Assembly (NCBI GenBank): GCA_963744145.1
Contig: CAVUSO010000001.1
Location: 768,001 to 832,000 of the forward strand
Direction: 5' to 3'
Length of the DNA stretch: 64,000 nucleotides
Origin: an uncultured cyanobacterium
GTDB lineage: Bacteria > Cyanobacteriota > Cyanobacteriia > Cyanobacteriales > CAWUOF01
Shown piece by piece: positions 1 to 8,144 of this stretch. The position numbers were made by a program, and so were the translations under genes. Every line of letters starts with the position of its first letter. Within the stretch, counting starts at the first letter, position 1. A model generated the notes under the pieces. The model did not search any database. It saw only the letters and a program-made list of their open reading frames with translations, and had not been told where the DNA came from.

Positions 1-916
1 TTGCGATCGCGTCAAGGCAATTTGCCAAAGTATTGAAACTAAACCCTATAATTATAAGTTAGTGGGTTTTATCGATCGAGAGTTTAATGAATTTGCATAT
101 AGTTCTTCTTTTGAAGACAACCTAAAAGGACATAAAGTAGAAGGTAGACTTGTATGGTCAAGAGGACATTCTATTGAAAATTACTTTTTTGAATACTCAA
201 TCCTTCGCGAACATTTTCGGGGTCTAGCTCTAGACTATTTTAGTGAAGCATTGGAAGTTTTCAGTAGTCAATTTCTAGAATCTATTCTGAAAATAGCTTG
301 TGCTGTTACTCTTGCTAGTAAAGAAATTGGCAAAATTCAAAAAATTGAAGATAGAATCATTCAAGATTTTTTTCAAATAATTAATAATGAATTTCTGATA
401 AAGTTAGAATTTTTTAAAGAAAACTTAATTAAAAGTAAGAATGATTTTACTCTAGAAGAAGCTGAAGAATTCTACAGAGAATATATTAATTTTCAAGATA
501 AAATCACATTATTTAAAGATCCACAAATTATTAGATGGCTTTGTCATGGTCATATAGGTATAAAATTAATATGCTTAAGTTATGATTTATGTATTGATGA
601 GTTGGCAAAACATTTTGAAAAATATGCTAGAGAATTATACAATAATTTTCAAGCCATAATCACATTATTTAAAGATTTGCAAATTATTAGATATCTTTGT
701 CGTAGTTGTGTAGGTATAAAATTAATATGCCTAAGCTATGATTTATGTATTGATAAGTTAGCAAAATGTATTGATGATTTAGAGAATAAAATATATATCA
801 AAACAAAGGAACTTATTAAAATCAATGGTATTGCTAACATTTGGGCTGTAAAAGCACTTGATGGAAAATGTGAATATCCTCAAGAAATTTTTCAATTATT
901 GGGAATTGATACTTAA
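1..916 (+). CDS. DUF4435-like protein, 5' end outside window (possible PARIS AriB-type)
   Basis: Frame is open from base 2. 'GFIDREF...GHSIENYFF...HGH' motifs are typical of DUF4435. Confidence 0.6.
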   Translation, partial: CDRVKAICQSIETKPYNYKLVGFIDREFNEFAYSSSFEDNLKGHKVEGRLVWSRGHSIENYFFEYSILREHFRGLALDYFSEALEVFSSQFLESILKIACAVTLASKEIGKIQKIEDRIIQDFFQIINNEFLIKLEFFKENLIKSKNDFTLEEAEEFYREYINFQDKITLFKDPQIIRWLCHGHIGIKLICLSYDLCIDELAKHFEKYARELYNNFQAIITLFKDLQIIRYLCRSCVGIKLICLSYDLCIDKLAKCIDDLENKIYIKTKELIKINGIANIWAVKALDGKCEYPQEIFQLLGIDT

Positions 917-942
917 TTTTTTTATTAATCCAGTTATTGCTT

Positions 943-1710
943 ATGCTGATTCGTTCAACTTGGACACTAAAAGTACAGGAATCGACAAGTCTACCCCGAT
1001 CGCACGGTTTAGAACTTACTAAACTACTGCATCAAAAACTAGGTTGGGACATCGGTAATGAAAGAATTCCTTCAACAACCTATTCTGGTTTGCTAGGATA
1101 TTATATAGGAAATGGGGATTTTCTGACATTTTTGCCAGAGGAAACTTATCAGCTTTCTCTCAGTGGTTTACACCGAGAAACTGCTCAAGCGATCGCATCT
1201 TTGGACCTATCTTCTGGGTTAGAGTTTTTGGGGGTAAAATTTGAAGTCTGCGATCGCCAAGACAAAATCACCAGCTACGAGGAACTTTATACTACTTTAG
1301 TTGCTAACGAACCAGAACCAGTTCATCGCTTTAATTTAAAATTTATTACTCCCACAGCTTTTGCTCAACAAAAAATTCACTTACCATTACCAGTTCCCAG
1401 TTTAATGTTTCGCAATTGGTTAGAAAGATGGAATGAATTTGCACCAGTTTATTTAGGAGGGGATGAACTAATTGGGTATTTGGAGAATACAGTGGTGATT
1501 AAATCGCACCAAATCAAAACGCGATCGTTTCAACTATCGAGAGGGTACATCAATGGATTTATTGGTAATGTAAATTTACAAATTCCTTACCGAATAGATG
1601 CTTTACTGGTAAATGTAGCTAATTTATTGATTCAGTATAGCCAGTATTCAGGTACGGGAATCAAAACCCGTTTAGGAATGGGACAGACTATGATAAGGAA
1701 TGAAAACTAA
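943..1710 (+). CDS. cas6: CRISPR endoribonuclease Cas6 (no array or other cas genes in window)
   Basis: 'LKFITPTAFAQ', 'PLPVPSLMFRNWLERWN' and C-terminal Gly-rich loop 'YSGTGIKTRLGMGQ'; ATG at 943. Confidence 0.9.
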   Translation: MLIRSTWTLKVQESTSLPRSHGLELTKLLHQKLGWDIGNERIPSTTYSGLLGYYIGNGDFLTFLPEETYQLSLSGLHRETAQAIASLDLSSGLEFLGVKFEVCDRQDKITSYEELYTTLVANEPEPVHRFNLKFITPTAFAQQKIHLPLPVPSLMFRNWLERWNEFAPVYLGGDELIGYLENTVVIKSHQIKTRSFQLSRGYINGFIGNVNLQIPYRIDALLVNVANLLIQYSQYSGTGIKTRLGMGQTMIRNEN

Positions 1711-1875
1711 ATAACTTGATGATTTATTGTAGTAAGCACCAAGAGCGCTCTCATCGCTTTTAATTTCTATTTTTAAGTTTATTCTCGACGTGAAATCAAC
1801 CTTGATTTTGTCAGGGAGTTGAAAAAATAAAAATTACCAGTTAAAATAAGAACAGATTAAATCAATGAACAAATT

Positions 1876-2475
1876 ATGATTGCTAATCCTCAAAACTTTC
1901 AAAAAATGACAGCGGTACAATACCTAGAATGGGAAGCTAAACAAGAACTTCGCTATGAATATATTGATGGGGAAATTTTAGCGATGACAGGGGGTACTAT
2001 TCCTCATAACAAGATTTCCCTCAACTTCTATAGGACTTTGTACCCTCATTTACGTCAGAGAGGTTGTGAAGCTTATGTTTCAGATGTGAAAGTTCAGGAT
2101 AGTAATAATACTCGTTATTTCTATCCTGATTTAGTTGTCACTTGTCACCCTGATGATTTAAAAGCTAGTGATTTTCTTGAATATCCTAAAATTATTGTTG
2201 AGGTTCTTTCTCCCAGTACAGCAAGTTACGATTCTCCTATGGAGACGCTACGCGAACGCGGTGACAAATTCAAATATTATCGTCAGATTCCGACTTTACA
2301 AGAGTATGTTTTAGTCGATTCTGAATCCATCTCCGTTGAAGTTTATCATCGAGGAGAAGGTAAAATGTGGCTTTATTATGCTTATACAGCCGAAGAAGCG
2401 ATCGCATTCTTCAGTATTGAGTTTGAGTGTCCGATTGAAGTTTTGTATGAAGGAGTTAGCTTTGAGAAAGAGTGA
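1876..2475 (+). CDS. Uma2 family (DUF820) endonuclease with 8-aa insertion
   Basis: 'YEYIDGEI', 'YPDLVV', 'IVEVLSPST', 'LQEYVLVD'. Confidence 0.9.
   Translation: MIANPQNFQKMTAVQYLEWEAKQELRYEYIDGEILAMTGGTIPHNKISLNFYRTLYPHLRQRGCEAYVSDVKVQDSNNTRYFYPDLVVTCHPDDLKASDFLEYPKIIVEVLSPSTASYDSPMETLRERGDKFKYYRQIPTLQEYVLVDSESISVEVYHRGEGKMWLYYAYTAEEAIAFFSIEFECPIEVLYEGVSFEKE
2233..2256 (+). mobile_element. 24-nt small dispersed repeat inserted in frame
   Basis: TCTCCTATGGAGACGCTACGCGAA splits ACGAT^CGC; removing it restores the canonical 'YDRGDKF'. Confidence 0.8.
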
Positions 2476-2683
2476 GCGCAAAAATAGGTATTAAGAATTT
2501 CATTAAATTTGATCTGTCCGTCCCATTTCTGCTAAACTAGACTCAGACTTGATTTAGGAGTCCAATAATTTATGAATTAGATCAACTTTTTGCAGCAGTT
2601 AACTACATTTTTCAACAGGGCATTTTCCAGTTAGATAAACTTGTACACTGTTAATATTTTCAGATTACCTTAAGGAACAAATT

Positions 2684-3256
2684 ATGATTGCTAATCCTCA
2701 ATACCCTCAAAAAATGACAGCTGAAGAATACCTAGAATGGGAAGCAAAGCAGGAATTTCGCCATGAATATGTTGATGGCGAAATTTTGGCAATGACAGGA
2801 AGTCCCCTTCCTCATAATGACATTGCTCTCAATTTATATACAGCACTAAGACCTCATTTGCGTCAGAGGGGTTGTCGAGTTAATGTATCAGATGTGAAAG
2901 TTCATGATAGTAAAAACAGTCGTTATTTCTATCCTGATTTAGTTGTTACTTGCGCCCCTGAAGACTTGAAAGCTCACAAATTTATTCAATATCCCAAAGT
3001 TATTATTGAAGTTCTTTCTCCTAGTACCGAAAATTACAACCGCACTAAAAAATTCAAATATTATCGTCAGATTCCCAGTTTACAAGAGTATGTTTTAGTA
3101 GATTCAGAAGAAATAGCTGTTGAGGTTTATCATCGAGGGGAAGGTAAAATGTGGCATTATTATGAATACGCAACCGGAGATGCGATCGCATTCTTCAGTA
3201 TCGAGTTTGAGTGTCCGATTGAAGTTTTGTATGAAGGGGTTAGTTTTGACCAATAG
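2684..3256 (+). CDS. Uma2 family endonuclease
   Basis: Tandem paralog of 1876..2475 with the same motifs. Confidence 0.9.
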   Translation: MIANPQYPQKMTAEEYLEWEAKQEFRHEYVDGEILAMTGSPLPHNDIALNLYTALRPHLRQRGCRVNVSDVKVHDSKNSRYFYPDLVVTCAPEDLKAHKFIQYPKVIIEVLSPSTENYNRTKKFKYYRQIPSLQEYVLVDSEEIAVEVYHRGEGKMWHYYEYATGDAIAFFSIEFECPIEVLYEGVSFDQ

Positions 3257-3297
3257 TAAAAATGGAGAAAGATTAACTTGTATGAGGAAGTCATAAA

Positions 3298-3903
3298 ATG
3301 TCTTATAGTCAGTTTACTTTAGAGACAGTTGAACAAGTTTTTGGGCTAAGTATTATTGAAAAGTTGGATATTTTTGCGACAGTATCGGAAGTTTCCATTA
3401 GTAATTTCTTAACACAGTGTTTGCAATATAATACTCCTTTAGCATTGGAAATTGCTACAGAGAAAGCGCGATCGGAGATGATTATTACACCAATTTTAAT
3501 TGAATTGAAACAGCAGTTTGAGTCTAAAATTAGTCTATTCTCAGGGAGAGAATTTAATGTGGATAGTCAACAAAGATTAATTGGTTATTGTGATTTTCTT
3601 ATTAGTAAATCTCCATCTCAATTGCTAATTAAATCACCGATCGCTGTAATTGTAAAAGCTAAAAATGATAATATTCAATCTGGGTTAGGTCAGTGTATTG
3701 CTGAAATGGTAGCAGCACAAATATTTAATCAGCGTCAGAATAATTCCCATCCAACTATTTATGGTTCTGTAACTACTGGAACTAACTGGAAGTTTATGCG
3801 ATTACTTGATACCATAGTTGAAATTGACCCTAATGAATATTTTCTCAACCATATCGGTAAGTTAATGGGTATATTAAGAAGTTTTATTGAATCAGGAGAG
3901 TAG
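3298..3903 (+). CDS. Conserved cyanobacterial PD-(D/E)XK-fold hypothetical protein
   Basis: 'TEKARSEMIITPIL', 'GYCDFLIS', 'GLGQCIAEMVAAQ', 'GSVTTGTNWKF'. Confidence 0.7.
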   Translation: MSYSQFTLETVEQVFGLSIIEKLDIFATVSEVSISNFLTQCLQYNTPLALEIATEKARSEMIITPILIELKQQFESKISLFSGREFNVDSQQRLIGYCDFLISKSPSQLLIKSPIAVIVKAKNDNIQSGLGQCIAEMVAAQIFNQRQNNSHPTIYGSVTTGTNWKFMRLLDTIVEIDPNEYFLNHIGKLMGILRSFIESGE

Positions 3904-3953
3904 TCCAAGTCTTTTTATTGACTTAATTCTTGGCGATTGCTCTCCTGCTAATT

Positions 3954-4580
3954 TCATCGGATCTGTCTTACCCAATTTCGGATAGCTTGTCTAATTGCTC
4001 GTCTTCCATTTGGACGAGATTGGTCAATTATTGAGGGAATTTCTTGCACTCGCAACATGGGAAAAATTGAGCTAGTTTCTACTTCCACATATTTCTCATT
4101 TTGGAGTTGATAAATTTTCAATTCACCAGAATCATAACACCAAATTTCTGGTATACCTAAACGAGCGTAAATGGGAAAGCGATTTAAAGATTTACTGGTT
4201 AAATCGATTTCTAAAGCTAAGTCAGGAGGAGGATCTTGATTCAAGTCAAACTTTAATTGACCCCTGACTCTAGCTTCATTTTGAAAATAAAAACAGTTAT
4301 CTGGTTCAATTCCAGCTTTGCTAATTTCCCGTTTCCAAGTAGTTGATCCGTAACTTTCATAATTAATTTCTAGTTCTTCTGATATGTCTTTAATTGCATC
4401 ACTAATAGATTCTTTGTAATACTCATGTTCAGGTAATGGGGTCATAATTTCCAAAGTTCCGTTATCGTAAGCAACTCGTGCAGCACGAGTTTGACCTAAG
4501 TCAATTAGTAAATTTTCAAATTGCTGCCAACTAATATCGTATAAGATCACGCGATCGGCACGGTGTTCGGTCAGTTGCAT
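3954..4580 (-). CDS. Uma2 family endonuclease
   Basis: 'ISWQQFE', 'GIEPDNCFY', 'PPPDLALEIDLTS', 'LGIPEIW'. Confidence 0.9.
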   Translation of the reverse strand: MQLTEHRADRVILYDISWQQFENLLIDLGQTRAARVAYDNGTLEIMTPLPEHEYYKESISDAIKDISEELEINYESYGSTTWKREISKAGIEPDNCFYFQNEARVRGQLKFDLNQDPPPDLALEIDLTSKSLNRFPIYARLGIPEIWCYDSGELKIYQLQNEKYVEVETSSIFPMLRVQEIPSIIDQSRPNGRRAIRQAIRNWVRQIR

Positions 4581-4654
4581 AAGCTTTTTTCATCCAGTCT
4601 GACAAACAATTATTATATTATCATTTACTTTAGTAAGATGGTTATTTTATTTAG

Positions 4655-5155
4655 GATTTTGAAATATTGGGCGATCGCGCTTTGATAATTTTACCCTATT
4701 ACTGATGGATCAATTCAAACTTCACTTTAACCGTATCCCAGGATATTTATCATGCTTCTGCTTCTCTCCCTCTGGGACAATAAGTAATGCTTATCTATTA
4801 TCGATCACTCAAAATTTTATAAAAATTTTAGAAAGTTCAGTGTTTTTCGATATTTACAATTGATCAGGGAGACATTATAGTGATAAGTGGTTAGAATACT
4901 TTAAGCGTCAGATATAAGTCATGTCTAAACTAATTATGTCTCTTCTTAGTCGTCGCCATTTTCTTGGTCAGCAGCACTAATTGGAGCTGCCGGATTGTCG
5001 TCAATTGCGTTAGTCCAGGAAATGGATAGCGAAGATCGAAAAAATTTAGGAATTGCAATTAGTACAGGAACAATAGCTGGTGCTGCTACAGTTTTAGGTG
5101 CTTGGACTGCTGCTAGTGCTTTGGGAGTAGCAGGCACGATCGCCTAAAATTGATA
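4655..5155 (+). pseudogene. Internally deleted copy of the 794-aa gene with its upstream region
   Basis: 4671-4970 matches 7749-8194, 4971-5138 matches 9423-9589, and 5138-5155 matches 10547-10564. Confidence 0.9.
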
Positions 5156-5192
5156 GAAATCGATTGAGCGATGAGGAATAAAAATGACAAGA

Positions 5193-5531
5193 TTAGCCTA
5201 GCGCAAACTCTGTGTACTGTCGCACATAAGGTGCATAATAGGCTAGTACAATTTCCTGTTTCGGCACACCCAGGGCTACTAATTGATCAGCGATCGCTTC
5301 TTCTGTTCCATCATGTTGCACCCAAATTTTTCCATCTTTAATATCAACATGAAGTATACAACCATAGATCCGAGTAGTGCTGTCCTTCCAACCCACATTT
5401 ACCAGCTGATAGCGATCGCTGATCGGATCAAAAATTGTTTCGCTGACAACCGGATCATGAGGTGAGCGTCGGTTGGCTCGTTGAGTCAGTAAGTCCTGAA
5501 TATACTGACGATATAAACTTATTTTATCCAT
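5193..5531 (-). CDS. xisI: XisI family protein
   Basis: 'RIYGCILHVDIKDGKIWVQHDGTEEAIADQLVALGVPKQEIVLAY'. Confidence 0.9.
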   Translation of the reverse strand: MDKISLYRQYIQDLLTQRANRRSPHDPVVSETIFDPISDRYQLVNVGWKDSTTRIYGCILHVDIKDGKIWVQHDGTEEAIADQLVALGVPKQEIVLAYYAPYVRQYTEFALG

Positions 5532-5565
5532 TGGACAATCTCCTGGTTTTCTATATTATAGATCG
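5519..5565 (-). pseudogene. C-terminal stub of xisH
   Basis: Reads 'IYNIENQEIVQWIK*' and overlaps the xisI start, as XisH C-termini do. Confidence 0.55.
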
Positions 5566-5726
5566 TTTAGCGTGCCGTAGCATCAGCATTACTATGGCAT
5601 AATTAGAGGATATAAGCATACTGAAGTCTCGTTTTAGGAGAAAAAATCTCTCTGATTTGATTTTCACAACCTGGTTAAGGTAAGTTAATAGAATAAGGAT
5701 GTAGTATTTTAACTAGACAAAAAGCT

Positions 5727-7139
5727 ATGCTAGTTCAATTCACAATAGAAAATTTCCTATCATTTAGGGAAGCAAAGACCTTTAGTATGCTAGGTGTGAA
5801 CAATGATCTGAATCATCTAGAGCATCTGGGAGTGAATCTAGCAGGTAAAGGGAAGTCTCTTCTACCTGTTGCTGGTATTTATGGTGCAAATGCAGCGGGC
5901 AAATCTAACCTCATTAAAGCCATTGATTTTGCAAAGGATTTAATCGTTGAAGGAACCCGTAGTGGACAATCTATCCCTGTTTCCCCATTCAAATTAGGTG
6001 ATTACAGTCAGAAACCTAGCCAATTTGAATTCATATTTACTTATCAAAACACGCTTTATTCATACGGGTTTAAGCTTAATTCCAGCCAAATATTAGAAGA
6101 GTGGCTTTATGGCACTCCTCCTGAAAAAAAGAGAGAGATACTTTACTTTGAACGAACTACTTCTGAGCAGAAAGAAACCATAGTAGAATATGGAGCAACC
6201 CTCAGAGGTAGAGGTGAAAATAATAAGCAGTTTCTCGATTTTATTAGCAAAGGAACTCGCTCTAACCAACTCTTTTTAACGGAAGCTGTAGAACGCAATG
6301 TTAACCTATTAATACCTATTTTTGACTGGTTCAAAAAAGTTCTGACTATAATTCCGGCTGAATCTGATTATACAGATTTAGAAATTGGCATATTAGGCAG
6401 CATAGAATTTACTACTTTTCTGAGCGACTTTTTAAAATTTGCTGGTACAGGGATTGATTCGATCGGATTAGATGAAGTCACACTTGATTTTGATTCTCAC
6501 TTTCCAGAGATGCCCAAAAGTATGCGTGAGAAACTTAACCAGCAACTTGCTGAAGCTGGTGCAAATTCTGTTGTAATGATTGAGAATTCTCTCAGAAAAA
6601 AAAGATATCTTTTGATGAAAGGAGAACAAGAGAAAATAAATTTAATGCAGATTAAAACTAAACATCGCCATGAAAACGGTCAACTTGTCGATTTTTCAAT
6701 CGATGAGGAATCAGAAGGAACACAACGTTTAATTAATCTAATTCCAGTTCTATTTGTTTTAAGGAAAAATCCTGAGAAAGTTATATTGCTAGATGAACTT
6801 GATCGTCGATTACATCCTTTATTATCACGTCAATTTTTGGAGTTTTTTCTACAATGCAAAACGGAAAATAGTAGAAGTCAGCTAATTTTTACAACTCATG
6901 ACAGTAACTTACTTGACTTAGATATACTACGTCGAGATGAAATTTGGTTTGTCGAAAAAAATCAGCAGGGAGTTTCACATCTTTACTCCTTAGCAGAATT
7001 CAAGATTAGACCTGATCTCAAAATTGAGAAAGGATATTTGAATGGTCGATTTGGAGCGATTCCATTCTTTGGTGATATTCACAGTTTAGGTTGGGTCGAT
7101 TGTCAAGCAGAACCTGCTATTAGGATCACAAAGGTTTGA
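5727..7139 (+). CDS. AAA_21/RloA-like ABC-type ATPase
   Basis: Walker A GANAAGKS, 'ESEGTQR', 'LLDELDRRLHP', 'QLIFTTHD', 'YLNGRFGAIP'. Confidence 0.85.
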   Translation: MLVQFTIENFLSFREAKTFSMLGVNNDLNHLEHLGVNLAGKGKSLLPVAGIYGANAAGKSNLIKAIDFAKDLIVEGTRSGQSIPVSPFKLGDYSQKPSQFEFIFTYQNTLYSYGFKLNSSQILEEWLYGTPPEKKREILYFERTTSEQKETIVEYGATLRGRGENNKQFLDFISKGTRSNQLFLTEAVERNVNLLIPIFDWFKKVLTIIPAESDYTDLEIGILGSIEFTTFLSDFLKFAGTGIDSIGLDEVTLDFDSHFPEMPKSMREKLNQQLAEAGANSVVMIENSLRKKRYLLMKGEQEKINLMQIKTKHRHENGQLVDFSIDEESEGTQRLINLIPVLFVLRKNPEKVILLDELDRRLHPLLSRQFLEFFLQCKTENSRSQLIFTTHDSNLLDLDILRRDEIWFVEKNQQGVSHLYSLAEFKIRPDLKIEKGYLNGRFGAIPFFGDIHSLGWVDCQAEPAIRITKV

Positions 7140-7173
7140 TGCCGATCGATTCGCTCACCAATTCTTTTTAACG

Positions 7174-7335
7174 CTAATTTTGAGGATTTTTCGGTTTAAT
7201 TATCGGTTTAGGTTTTGGTGTGCTGGGGATAGAAATATCTAAATTCTCTACAGCTTGACGGTTAGCAATTTTTTTATTATTGACTTGATTTTGGAAAGCA
7301 GATTTAACTGCAACTGATTGGGATAGAACTTTCAT
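7174..7335 (-). pseudogene. In-frame 53-aa deletion derivative of the NERD gene
   Basis: Joins the NERD gene 5' end (11462-11545) to its 3' end (10822-10905) across the shared AGCTTG. Confidence 0.85.
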
Positions 7336-7350
7336 AAGACTTTAACTTGT

Positions 7351-7395
7351 GAAAACATCTAGTAATACATCACTATCAAATCAGACTTTCTTCAA
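7351..7395 (-). pseudogene. N-terminal stub of a PIN/VapC toxin
   Basis: 'LKKV*FDSDVLLDVF' overlaps the stop codon of 7392..7643. Confidence 0.5.
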
Positions 7396-7643
7396 CGGTA
7401 TTTCTCCTCTAGATAATTGATATAAGATTCGTTTAAATCTGCCGATTCAAGCTGAATTACACCAATTAGACTTTGAGTCCAATCAGCGAGTTCTGTTAAA
7501 GATTTTTCCTTTGGGAGAAAAGAAATAGGTGGGGAATAAATTGTGGTTTCCCGTTGAATTGATGTTAAGATTGACTGAACTAAATGCCAGCGATCGGAGA
7601 GTGATAATTTTAATATCTGATCTTCTAACTCTGATAATATCAT
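7392..7643 (-). CDS. Small hypothetical protein, probable antitoxin
   Basis: 83 aa with an RBS upstream; 'YINYLEEKY' end; coupled to the PIN stub. Confidence 0.6.
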   Translation of the reverse strand: MILSELEDQILKLSLSDRWHLVQSILTSIQRETTIYSPPISFLPKEKSLTELADWTQSLIGVIQLESADLNESYINYLEEKYR

Positions 7644-7880
7644 CAGTTTTCCTCCCTAAATTGACTTGCTGAAAATCTAACTATGACCCACTCGAAAATT
7701 ACATAAGATTACTGATGTTATGATTTTAGCCAATATTTTGAAATTTTGAGCGATCGCGCTTTGATAATTTTACCGTATTACTGATGGATCAATTCAAACT
7801 TGACTTTAACCGTATCCTAGGATATTTATCATGCTTCTGCTTCTTTCCATCTGGGATAATAAGTAATACTTATCTATTAG

Positions 7881-8022
7881 GGATAATACCAATTTAATGT
7901 GAAGTTGCATAGAGCTAGATCCCCCTAAATTCCCCTTAAAAAGGGGGACGCGAGAATTCTTGCTCCCCCTTTTTAAGGGGGCTGGGGAGATCGGATTATA
8001 TGCAGGTTAATAAAAAATATAG
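7881..8022. repeat. Palindromic MITE-like repeat
   Basis: GATCCCCCTAAATTCCCCTTAAAAAGGGGG...CCCCCTTTTTAAGGGGGCTGGGGAGATC; absent from the paralogous region at ~4800-4810. Confidence 0.75.
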
Positions 8023-8144
8023 TTCAAAATTTTATAAAAATTTTAGAAAGTTCAGTGTTTTTCGATATTTACAATTGATCAGGGAGACATTATAGTGGTA
8101 AATGGTTAGAATACTTTAGTATAAGGAAGCGTCAGATATAAGTC

